Below, piece by piece: positions 49,101 through 59,430 of a stretch of DNA of 64,000 nucleotides; the first letter of the stretch is position 1; each line of letters starts with the position of its first letter. The stretch is taken from the NCBI RefSeq assembly GCF_037042905.1, contig NC_087250.1, positions 20,338,001 to 20,402,000 of the forward strand, read 5' to 3'. A model generated the notes under the pieces. It was given only the letters and a program-made list of their open reading frames with translations, was not told the origin of the DNA and ran no database searches. Both the position numbers and the translations under genes were made by a program. This DNA comes from Lytechinus pictus (lineage: Eukaryota).

Positions 49101-51805
49101 ACGAGCAATCTTATTGATTATTATACAGTGGTGGGCATCCTTTTGGCATGATCTTACCATTGTGGTCATGCCTTATACCGCATGCAACTAGGCATTTAAA
49201 AGTGACCCTAAGTCATGCTTAAATCACCCCCCCCCCTGAAATTGCTAGAGCAATTACAATATGAATCCTTTTTAATCGATAATGTTGACGTATCTTACAT
49301 TCGTTAGCTACCTCTTGAAAAATTTGGATCTTACCCCTTTGGGAAACAAAACTGAACCTTTCGCTTCATTGAACTGAATGGAACAATTGTGTGCATTTTC
49401 GAAAGTTATGAAAGGGTTAACAAGTAAACCACATTTATTGATTTGCAGGTGAATGAGGTTGACTATGAAATCCTTGTTAAATCAGATGGCCAAACCACCA
49501 CCTTCAATGTTAACACGGAACAGGGTCTTTGCGGCTGCCATGCTGATATAGCACGCATCCCCTGCCGACACCAGATGGCAGTGTACAAGAAGTTTGGGAA
49601 GAATTGCGGAACCTTCTTCCCTGCAGAGCTCAGGTCGTTGTTCACCAAGATCGCTACAGGTGGGTATAGCAACTCTGTGAGGATTCATAAATGACTCCTT
49701 GAGATGTCATAAGTGACTTCTCAAGGTCTTGTAAGTGACTCCCTTAGGGTTCATGACAGTGACTCCTGTAGGACTTGTCAGGAAATGTTTGAGGATTCAT
49801 AGGTGTTACCTAGAGGATTCATACGTGACTCCTTGAGGTTTTGTAAGTGACTCTGTGATGATTCCTAAGTGACTCTTTTAGGGTTCAAAAGTGACTTTGA
49901 GGATTCACAGGTGTCTCATTTAGGGTTCATAAGTGTCTCCTTAGAATTCATGATGGATCTTTTGTTTACACATTTGATGGCTCTCTGATGATAGCAACAT
50001 CTGCACATGCGTCAACTCTCAGATTTTGCTTGTCCTGCATTTGAACCAAATTGTTAGATAAAAAAGATGAGATGTGGAACACACGGGTTTGGATTGATAA
50101 ATGAAATGACCCAGTAATATGAAGAGATGTCGCAAGAAGTATTTTCAATCAATTGCAAATTTCTGTTGCAAATTTTTGATTAATAAAGCAATTGTAACTA
50201 TAGCATATCAATGTTTGCTCCTTGGTGCAAGAAAAAGCAGACCGGCATTCAAGTGCAAATTTGCAATTAATTGACAGACTGACAATTGATTTCGGGACAA
50301 AAATCGATTTGCAATTGATTGCAAGTTGCAACACAATCTTAGAGTAAGTGTACAGTGTACATTACAACAGCTCTAACCTAGAGTCGGGTTTCATCTCAGC
50401 CATGGCGTAATTTTAGCAAGCAAGAAATTGATCCCCAATGTACTGCACTCGACCCGGATGATGTTAATGTGTACTGGCAGGAAGAAGTTCCTCCAAAATC
50501 TGTGAGCACTGGAGTTGTTAGCTTAATAGTGGAGCAGGAATAATAAAGGAGCGCCTTGAGTACCTAACAAAGTGGATTATGAGCAATATAAAAACCTGAT
50601 ATCATTATTAGTAGTAGTAGTATTATTATTACTACAAGTAGTTAGTTGCACTCATACATTGTTGTATTTAAATACATTTTCCTGTTCTCTTACACATAAT
50701 TTTTAAAATGTTATTTATAGCCGAATTATAGTTGTTCAATGTAAATTTTATGTATGTGTTTTATTCTTGAATGTCACCGTACAAGTCCAGGTCGGGGTGG
50801 AAATCCTGCGGGCTACAGTAATTCGATTTACTTTTTCCCTTCCCAGGCAACCTGGACTTGTACTGTATATATCCTTGTTTCTTCCCTCTCTGTACTCATG
50901 TATTTACCTTGTAACTTCATTTTGTTGAAATGCCGAATAAAATAGTAATAATGATAATTATAATAGTAGCAGGTAGTAGTAGTATTATCATCTTCATCAT
51001 TATAATCTTCATCATCATTATTATTGTTCTTGAAGACGGACAGTCAACCTGCCCGAAACGTCGAGTAACCTCTCTTCACTTCATCCTGCTACTACTCAAA
51101 CCATCGCTACTCAAGCCATATTCAGCTCATCTCGTCTGGTTTACAGTCCTTTTCAGGACTTCGCTCACTTTCAAGAAAAGAATACTTCTAATTTCCTCTT
51201 TTCATCCTTTCTCGTCTTTCCATTTCAATCTTTCTGCCTGTATATCCTCCCCTTCTTCATATTACACGTTATTATTGTTCTTGTTTATAACAGGTAAAGA
51301 GAGTCAGGATGACATATGGTACCAGCCCTTGTCTGTCAGCAAGGAAATCCAGATCACAGCGGATGGCAAGGAGGTCATTCTTGCTGACGATATCCAAGTG
51401 GAAGAGGCCCTGATAGAACTCTCAAGCGCCATTGAAGAGCAAGTAGCATTAGGGATGATAGAAGGCAACGACGATAGTGATGATGAAGATGTGGAGGAGA
51501 CGCAGAGGTATGAACCACATGAAGCGCATCAACAGCTCCAGAAGGTATTTGCTGATTTGGAGAAGAGGCTGTTGGACGATCCTGTGGCCTTTGAAGGACC
51601 TGTCCTGGACTTTGCCAAGAACTACGTGGAGGCCTCTGAACGTGGCCAGCTGTTGTCAGCATTGAATTCCTTCGGCCAGGATGGAAGTGCCAGCTGGAAG
51701 ATTCAAAGGATGGATGAAGATAATGCTCCAGACACCTCTCGGTTGCACGCTGTGGCTGAGTCAGCGGAAGTCCACCTTAGAAAGAGGGCCGTGCATCCAT
51801 CATGA
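31079..51805 (+). CDS. MULE/Mutator transposase-derived SWIM zinc-finger protein, ~788 aa; join(31079-31126,40202-40426,41901-42034,44479-44751,45170-45944,47595-47783,49449-49659,51294-51805)
   Basis: Exon phases chain 0,0,2,2,0,0,1 into one open frame. N-terminal YGCHH...TSCEA...NIHNH (WRKY/GCM1/FAR1-like zinc DNA-binding module); MULE core YLD...LPLGILL...GPSTVITRD...INPH; SWIM finger CGC-x8-CRH; acidic C-terminal exon. The first exon is the least certain part. Confidence 0.8.
31374..33778. mobile_element. Three-level nested DNA transposon stack (31374-33778 > 31458-33153 > 31581-32375)
   Basis: Outer: TAGGGTATCTGGAG/CTTCAGACACCCTA with CCAGTAG direct flanks. Middle: GG(T/A)AAGAGTTCCATATGCACCCCCCAC TIRs with 8-bp TSD GAGAAATG. 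Inner: CGTCCATGCGCAGTGAGTCGCCAT TIRs at TTAA/TTAC. Confidence 0.85.
34428..34505 (+). CDS. MULE-derived gene, candidate alternative first coding exon 1b (MSEDSNNDIEIKAEIQPFPIAIFGKK)
   Basis: ATG in a CpG-rich patch, 26 codons, AAG|GTGGGT donor, phase 0. Confidence 0.5.
34683..36677. mobile_element. Nested stack: CCCGGG-ended element > TA-flanked element 34998-36427 > TAGGG-ended element 35148-35960, all inside a split hairpin MITE
   Basis: Concentric TIR pairs with direct flanks GGTTCAC, TA and GACTGA respectively. Confidence 0.8.
40202..40426 (+). CDS. MULE-derived gene, exon 2
   Basis: TTGCAG acceptor, NYLPNGYHYRVW...TWRVRKTYP...NAFR, AGG|GTATGA donor; lies inside ORF 40130-40432. Confidence 0.88.
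41901..42034 (+). CDS. MULE-derived gene, exon 3 (first two zinc ligands)
   Basis: TACAG acceptor, VDYGCHHNTR...KHTSCEARVYLVVKR, AA|GTAAGT donor (phase 2). Confidence 0.88.
42636..42863. mobile_element. hAT-like MITE
   Basis: CATTGGCGGCGGAAGC...GCTTCCGCCGCCTATG; exact 8-bp TSD GGCATGAC. Confidence 0.88.
43553..44127 (-). mobile_element. 5'-truncated LINE (L2/CR1-like) 3' end with a (TTGAA)-type tail
   Basis: Minus-strand ORF HTYNTRN...APSIWNSLP..I......FK..VK.YL, then 3' UTR, AATAAA and TTGAA repeats. Confidence 0.75.
44128..44487. mobile_element. MITE with ~68-bp TIRs overlapping the start of exon 4 of the MULE-derived gene
   Basis: 44128-44195 is the reverse complement of 44417-44487 (ATTGACCAGCTTTGGGATAGCAA... 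/ ...TTGCTATCCCAAAGCCGGTCAAT). Confidence 0.85.
44479..44751 (+). CDS. MULE-derived gene, exon 4 (HNH zinc ligands)
   Basis: RSIDPHI...NIHNHSI...ADRSLCPDIQYCYR; AG|GTAGGA donor. The only nearby in-frame acceptor is AAG at 44476-44478, inside a MITE terminal repeat. Confidence 0.8.
45170..45944 (+). CDS. MULE-derived gene, exon 5 (degenerate DDE transposase core)
   Basis: TTTTCAG acceptor; most of ORF 45132-45956; AAG|GTCAGT donor. Confidence 0.92.
47128..47520. mobile_element. ~390-bp TTAA-flanked element (Kolobok-like)
   Basis: Near-identical copy at 53423-53817; more diverged copy at ~62846-63240. Confidence 0.85.
47595..47783 (+). CDS. MULE-derived gene, exon 6
   Basis: CACAG acceptor, VPLDKMLKK...YYVRKLIDAGNNR...VNK, AAG|GTGATT donor. 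Confidence 0.88.
49449..49659 (+). CDS. MULE-derived gene, exon 7 (SWIM zinc finger)
   Basis: TTGCAG acceptor; FNVNTEQGLCGCHADIARIPCRHQMAV fits CxC...CxH; G|GTGGGT donor (phase 1). Confidence 0.92.
49672..49952 (+). repeat. Degenerate ~22-bp minisatellite (GAGGATTCATAAGTGACTCCTT-like)
   Basis: About a dozen diverged tandem units starting right after the SWIM exon donor. Confidence 0.75.
51024..51070 (+). ncRNA. Hammerhead-ribozyme-like motif from a Penelope-like retroelement remnant
   Basis: TTGAAGA-C-GGACAG-TCAAC-CTGCCC-GAAAC-GTC, with a possible 6-bp stem I (TTGTTC/GAGTAA). Confidence 0.5.
51294..51805 (+). CDS. MULE-derived gene, last coding exon (acidic)
   Basis: AACAG acceptor in phase 1; 3' part of ORF 50930-51805, ending in TGA. 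Confidence 0.88.
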
Positions 51806-54345
51806 CCCTCGTCGAGACTCGATATACAGGGAAGCAATAAAACAACGCTTGACATGTGCCAAAGAAGTGCAGGGCTCCGTAACACATAGGTTTGCGTGAA
51901 TTGCAAATATGAAATAACCGCACTGATTGGTTCCCGGTCAGTATTTTAAACAGAGCACGCAAGCAATGATGATCCTGATTGGTCATTGGTATTTAGCGAT
52001 TGATTGCAAACCTTTGTGTTACGGAGCCCAGGTGACGATATCGATCAGTATTGGTGCTGGCAGTAAAGCTTGAATATGGAGAGTATTTCATCAACAATTT
52101 TTATTTGTCAGAGCTGTCAACTTTCCTTGTTTTTGATTGGCTGAGAAGTGCTTTGACTCTAAGTGTAATTGTGAGATAAAACAGTACTTTGATGGATAAA
52201 ATTCCATGCAAATCCTTTCATTGTACACTTCCAAGGTTGTCTTACAAAGCACCAAACCCCAATTTTGGTTCTATACAGAAATGATACCACCCTCAAATTG
52301 TTGAAAACTCATTACATACTGATTTTACTTGCAAATACAGAAAATGGAACACCAACATCTTATCTTTTTCCGTTTTTTTTTTTCTGATTGTTTTTTGTTT
52401 GATGAAATAGAAAATGAAGGCCTCTTCTGATTTGCTTTTTTCATTTTTGCTTTGACATAACAGAAAATTGAAGATTGCCCTCTATGTTAATGTTTGAGCA
52501 AGCGAGCCGAGGGCATACCTATTTTCAGCCAAGATCCCCCCCCCCCGTCAAGTCTTCTTAGGCATCAAAATTTCCCAGTCATTTCAGTGTTGATCCAGTT
52601 TGTAGATACAATCTGAATATGTGCAGATAATGGTCTTTTGAATTAAAATCTAAAACCCACCTTAAAGGGCCCAGCCACTGACAAATCATGGGGAAATTGA
52701 TTCAATACGAAATTTGCAAAAGGCCAATTGACTTGCATAATATAATCTGTCCGTCATGAGCGCCCGTCGGACTAATGCGATAAAAGTTCATACAGCACGA
52801 ATTTGACCGAACTCTTGATGGTTATTTACTTCGGATCATCGCAGTTCCAGTTTCCAACAATCCCAATTCCTAGACTCATAGCATGTCTCTTGATTGCTAA
52901 ACCAAAATAAATAACCTCTGTGAAGTTACACGTTTCAAAAGTGAAAACACGCAGTTTAGTTCTGGTTGGTTAGTCTACTAACTAATTGCTCTCCTATAGA
53001 CCTCCCAGACATGCCGGCGTCTATTACATAACACCCCCAGGCATGCGGCCGAGTGAAAGACTCGAATCCCTTCTCTGTTCCGAGATTAGCCGTGATTTCC
53101 CCATGATTTGTCAATTAAAGGTCGCTTTAATAGATAAGGTTCTTTGATTTCCTGACATAGCAGCACTCAAATCAGGCAAACTGGTGTTCCAATTATTGGG
53201 CATCATTGATTACAAGAAAAAAGAAGCAAAGTGAAGAGATAACTTGTCTCCAAACGCTCTAAGCTGAAAAGGTTCACATGTAAGTCGTTAACTTGTGGTG
53301 AAAATCAAAATCATGCAGGGGGGGGGGGGGTTCACTGCTCATGCCCCCATAAGGTTTAGGGGCATAGACCCTGTGGAGAATTATGCTAACATGAACAGAA
53401 TTATCTTGTAAATCGTCATTAAAGAGAAATTCCAGTAGTTGCAGTAAACACTGATTTCATGAGAAAGTCTGTAAAACCAGGCTTAATTGTCAGTATATCA
53501 TCGAGGATCTAGATCTGGTACAGTTACATAAACTGAACTTTGTGAAATCTTGAAATCTACGCTGAAAAATGTTCAGACTGAACTTCCCCAACACAGATAA
53601 GCGCACGTGGGACTGTGTATAATTATTGCTTTGAGCGTCAGGCCCGACGCTTGACCCGAATCCTGTGCTTATTTGCTGATTTCTCAGCAATTACACAATT
53701 TCTTCCAGAATCCTTTGGCACATGCGTTTTATTTATACAAACAGACACTTTGGTGGTCATTTCATTGGATTCTGTACGAACTCATTTTGATATCGTTACC
53801 AAAACTAGCAGTTACCTTTAACCGCATTATTTTCAACTATTTGAGAGTGTTCGAGTGATTTGTTCACCTGTATACGTCCAAGGGCAGATATGTAATGGTG
53901 CCCCTGTGGAAAAGTGAGGCAGCATTTGGTATCAAATTTCATGACTTTGCATGAAATGTGCATGTGGGTGTGTTTGTGTGTGAATAATAGTTTACATTTG
54001 ATGGGCATAACATGTTGAACTATGCAAATTAAATGATTAAAGAAATATTATTTGGTGTTCTCTGTAGCATTATTATGTAAAATCCAAAAAACTAAATAGA
54101 GATTGAGAGAGATGTATGCCTACACAGTCTTAAACCTGTTGGAGACTAAATGATTTTGCTATACATGTTTTCTGAAGAGTCCAGGAGAGCGTAACACAAA
54201 GATTAGCAATCAATCGCTAAATAAACTGACCAATCAGGATCATTGTTACACGCGCATTTGGCTCAAAATACTGAGCAGTAGCCAATCAGAAGCGTTCTTT
54301 CATATTTGCTATTCATCGCAAAGCTTTGTGTTATGGGGCTCTGCT

Positions 54346-54470
54346 GTGGCTGAGTGGTGTATGGTGCCTGAATAGACATAAGTCTGGGGTCCGATCCCCG
54401 GCCATGACACCTATGCCCTGCGTCAGCAAGGCATTTAATCAACGGTGCTCCTTTATCCTACATTCAAATA
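54346..54470 (+). mobile_element. Degenerate tRNA-derived SINE head
   Basis: A-box TGGCTGAGTGG and B-box-like GGTCCGATCCCC, followed by a SINE-like body. Confidence 0.55.
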
Positions 54471-56661
54471 AATGGACATGCTACATGCATTCTTTATAAC
54501 GAGGAGTGCACCTCTTTAAAAAAAAGGCTCCAGCCCTGCTCAGTCTCCAACAGATAAAAGGACAATTCCACCCCAACAAAAAGTTGATTTGAATAAAATG
54601 AGAAAAATCTAACAAGCACAACACTGAAAATGTCATCAAAATCGGATGTAATATAAGAAAGTTATGACATTTTTAAGTTTTGCTTAATTTTACAAAATAG
54701 TTATATGCAATTCCTGGTCAGTATGCAAATGAGGGAAGTGATGACATCACTCACTATTTCTTTTGTATTTAACTATATGAAATATTCTGATTTTCTCCCC
54801 ATTTTCCTGTGAAACAAAGTTTTATTTCACCCTGAACATGTGGAAGTACCATTGTTTAACATTTTATGGTTCAGTCAAGTTGGTCCTTATTTTCAAATCT
54901 GTAAAAATTGAAATATTGCCTCAAACAATAAAGAAATGAAATAGTGAGGGACATCATTTATTCTCTCATTTGCAGGTGACTAAATTGTGCATATAACTAT
55001 TTTGTGAAAAATAAGTTAAAATTGAAAATGTCAACTTTTTTCACTTACATCCGATTTTGATGAAATTTTTTAGCATTATGCTTGTCTGATTTTTTTCTCT
55101 ATTGATTCAAATCAACATTTTTCTGAGTTGGTCTTGACCTTTAAGTTTGAGAGGGAGGAAGTGAGGGAAAGAGGGAGAAAAAGAGAAGATTAAAGAAAGG
55201 CAAATGAAGAATAGAAGAGTAAGGGGAGGCGGTAAAAATAGAAAGAGTGGTCGGGGTTGGAAATAAAGAGGGGGAAATAAATTACAAATATGGAGGGGGG
55301 CAGGGCTGGAAAGAGGGGGTGGAGAGAGAATATATTAAATTAAGGAGAGAAAGAATGAGGGACTACATAATGATGGAAGTTAGAGAACATATAGACTAAC
55401 ATGATAAAGGAAGAGGATTTTAGGAGAGGAGTAGGAAAAGGGTTAGTTCACGAAAGAGTGATAATGATGAAAGGAGAGAGGACATTAGAAGGGTTGGTTG
55501 GCTTTGTCAGATTTACAGGGGGGGGGCAGGTTTTCATTAAAACAATAAAATATAGGTCTTTACCCTTCACGTAGACAGAATTGGAAAATGCAGAAATGGG
55601 CGATTCCATACTTGTCGTACATGACATTTTAACAACGATTTGCAATCTGAGCTGAATGCTTGAGCAATAAAACTTTTTTGTCAATGATAACGTTATTGCG
55701 GGTAGTGATATGAAAAACTGATAACCAACAAAAAATGTTTTAGTATGGGTGAATTAAAGGTGAAGATGTTGTGTCGTACGGTACTCAGAAAGAAATGTCC
55801 CGTAAGACACTCAACATTTTCATCCCTAATTCATTGTTGGAATATATATTTGTTTACATGACTACCCAGAAGTACTTTATTATGAAGTTCCTGGTTTGGA
55901 CGGTAGGTTGCTTGAAAAGTGTTGTGATAATGGCTGATTTTTCTAGCATGGAATCGCCCAATGGATCTTTTAAGAAGTGTTGTGTGCTGGGGCGGGGGGG
56001 GGGGGGGGGGCTTAAAGCTCACCTCCCCCTCCCCATCTTGGGGTATAACGACAATTGATGGACAGAAAAATAATCTAATTTGGCAATTGGCTTACAGCCT
56101 CACATTATAAGAAGAGAAAAAATATACATGGAGAAAAATAAGCAAGTAAAAATTCAATTTTAATAAAAAAATATATTTTTGTTGTTTCAGAGCAACTGGT
56201 ACCCTAAAACGTTAAAGAAAATCACCCCCCCCCAAAAAAAAAAAAAAAAACAGATTCTCAAGAGCATCAATTCAAGGCTATTCCAAAAATTTGAACATTT
56301 TAGAAAAATTGATGGTACTGTACACATACTCCAGATTCAGCTGTTTTATGTTTATCATACAATAATACATAGGCCTAGATCTGATGCAGATTAACTTTCT
56401 TCCACAAAAACAATTTGGAAAATATCATACACAATGATTATAGATCTTGACTTAACTGAAGCTAGGAATTAAAGCATTTCAACGAATCAATTATTGATTT
56501 TCAATGAATATTGTTTAGAGGTACTAGAAATCCTTGCATCTGACCGGCTGGGATCAAATTAATCAGTGGAAATCACTCCTCACTGAGTAAACATTTCATG
56601 AAATGTTCCACAACGTTTGATAGAACTCGGTATGAACCCCAGGCCAGAGACAGCCGTATGA

Positions 56662-56746
56662 GGGGAATCCCCTTGCCTCTCGGCGACGAGACTACAAACA
56701 AAAATAGGGAAATTCCCCTTTACTGGTACGGTGCACGCATGCGCAC
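56662..56746 (+). promoter_or_regulatory. IDO proximal promoter: two NF-kB consensus sites and an NRF1-like motif
   Basis: GGGGAATCCCC (56662-56672) and GGGAAATTCCC (56707-56717) both fit GGGRNWYYCC. GCACGCATGCGCA at ~56733-56745. All lie 100-185 nt upstream of the ATG. Confidence 0.55.
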
Positions 56747-56845
56747 TTCGATGTAGACGTTAATTTATTGATAACTGTCGAGCGCGAGCGCAGATAGACG
56801 TCGTGAAAAAAAAGCTCAAATTGTAACACCAGTGTTGAAGGAAAG

Positions 56846-56950
56846 ATGTCGGACGACCGCCAGCGTGATCAAGATGAATTTCCTTCAGTAGCTGATCCAG
56901 AAAAATACAATGCTTCTCATCTCTATGGATTCGTTGAGCAGAAAACAGAC
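56846..56950 (+). CDS. IDO: IDO-like, coding exon 1
   Basis: AAAGATGTCG start, Y....yGF motif, GAC|GTAAGT donor. Confidence 0.85.
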
Positions 56951-58242
56951 GTAAGTTTAGCATGACAAGCTTTACGGCGCGGCCGTCATGGTCGTATGCG
57001 TATGGCGCCTCCCGGCCCGCGCCCGGCCGGTTGCGAGTCTTCGTTGACATGCACCGGCAGCGCGTTTCCGTTTTACACCCTGGCGAAGGCATTTTCCGGA
57101 AAAATAGCCACAAAGCGACTAGTGAAGAGTCTACGTCTACGTTTGTTTACATAATCAGCTGGGCGCGCGATCCAAAAGTCCGCACCGAAGATATCCGCAG
57201 AACATACGTGCAAATTCAGCTGAGCTTACAATATAGACCAAAAGCTTCAGTCTCTGTATTTTGGTTGTTCCGCTGAACTATATACGTTGGCTTCATGATT
57301 ATTTTTTTTTACTTTATCGCACATGATCGTTTATATGAATGAAAACGAATAATAGCTAAAATATTGAAAAATAAAACACATAATTACACTTTTTTCATAT
57401 TATATCTATCCTTATATCTATCATATCTGTCTATCCACTATCTATGTTATAAATCAATCTATGGAACTACATGATTGATATATCTATCTGTTAATTTGTC
57501 TATCTACTCTGTCTATCTACTCTGTCTCTCTCATTCTCTATCTACCTATCTGTCTATCTATCTATCCATCTAACATCTATCTCTCAAATTCTATCCATCT
57601 GTCTCTCTTTATTTCTCTCTATCCATCTATTAATCTACTCGTGCAATATCAACACTGCTTCGACTTCCTTCGGGAGTCTATTTCCTCAGCTCTACTTTTC
57701 CCTTTTTGTGCTCGATTCGATTCAATTACTACTTTATTTACTTGTTACCATTGTTAAATGTCTTGTATTGCATAACGAGTTTTTTTTTCTGAAGGGTTGC
57801 CTCCTATTCTCTTTCAGATTCCACCTCTTGCTTTCCCTTCTCTTTGTCTTATCCCAATTTCTTTCCCTTCTCTCACCTCTTTCCTCTTCTCTCTCCTCTT
57901 TTTTCTTAATCTTTCATTCCGCTTTTTTCTTCTTTGGTGACACTTTGTAGTACTTTTGGCCTTTTGTATTTATTTATGATACATTTATTTTTATCTGTAT
58001 AAATTTGTATTGTATTTGATATTTATTTATAATGTTTACTTTATATTTTGTTATGATTCTATTTGTATGTAAACATTCACTTATTTCAGTCTTTGACTGC
58101 TTGTGATTGTATTTTGATAGTTTTTATTGCAATAAAATCCAAAATATATATATATATATAAACCAATAAATTATTTATACTCAGCTCCTACACAGTCGAG
58201 CACTATTAGATATTGCAGTATATCACTATATACTTACCTACC

Positions 58243-58273
<31 letters not shown>

Positions 58274-58478
58274 CTCTCAAATTCTCTCCATCTGTCTGTC
58301 TTTTTCTCTCTCTCTGTTTCTCTCTATCCGTCTATCTATCTCTCGAATTCTCTCTATCCATCTGTCTGTCTGTCTGTCTCTCAAATTCTCTCTCTCTATC
58401 TATCTATCCATCTGTCTGTCTTTTTCTCTCTATCCGTCTATGTATCTATCTCTCAAATTATATATCTATCTATCTATA

Positions 58479-58509
<31 letters not shown>

Positions 58510-59359
58510 ATATCTATCTATCTATATATCTATGTAACTACAGTATCTATCTATTAATCTTCTCTGTCTCTCTCTCTCTCTATCTATCTATTTGTCTTTC
58601 TCTAGTTCTCTCCCTCTCTATCAATCTATCTATCTATCTTCTATCTATCTATCTATCTATATGTAACTGCAGTATCTATCGATCTGTTAATTTGTCGCTC
58701 TTCTCTGTCTCTCTCATTCTTTATCTATATATATATATCTATCTATTTATCTATCTATCTATATATCTATCTAACATCTATCTATCTTTCAAATTCTCTA
58801 TCTCTCTCTCCCTCTATCTATCTCTCCATCTGTCTTTCTCTATTTCTCTCTATCTATCTATCTTCTATCTATCTATTTATCTATCTATCTATGTAACTAC
58901 AGTATCTATCTATCTGTTAATTTGTCTATCTTCTCTGTCTCTCTCATTCTTTATCTATCTATCTATCTATTTATCTATCTATCTATAACATCTCTCCATC
59001 TCTCAAGTTCTCTCCCCCATCTATACATCTATCTATCTATCTTTTATCTATTATCTATCTATGTAACTACAGTTTCTATTTATCTGTTAATTTGTCTATC
59101 TTCTCTGTCTCTCTCATTCTTTATCTATCTATCTAACATCTATCTATCTCTCAGATTCTCTATCTGTTGCTCTAATTTATCTTCCCCCTCTCCCCCCTCT
59201 CTCCCCCTCCCTCTCTCTCTCTCTCTCTCTTTCTCTCTCTATCTATCCATCTCATTCTGTCTGTCTTTTTTTCTCTCTCTCTATTTCTCTTAATCCGTCC
59301 ATATATCTATCTATCTATCTATACATCTCTCCATCTCTCAAGTTCTCTCCCCCCCCCCC

Positions 59360-59430
<71 letters not shown>

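Noticed and set aside
50930..51293. Hydrophobic N-terminal part of the 291-aa ORF as a membrane protein
   Set aside because: Intronic simple repeats plus a retroelement remnant; the phase-compatible acceptor is at 51293.
31079..51805. Active autonomous Mutator element
   Set aside because: No enclosing TIRs or TSD seen, long TE-filled introns, and apparent loss of catalytic residues.
55560..55684. Possible minus-strand exon (ATG...GTGAAGG|GTAAAG)
   Set aside because: No recognisable homology and no partner exon found.
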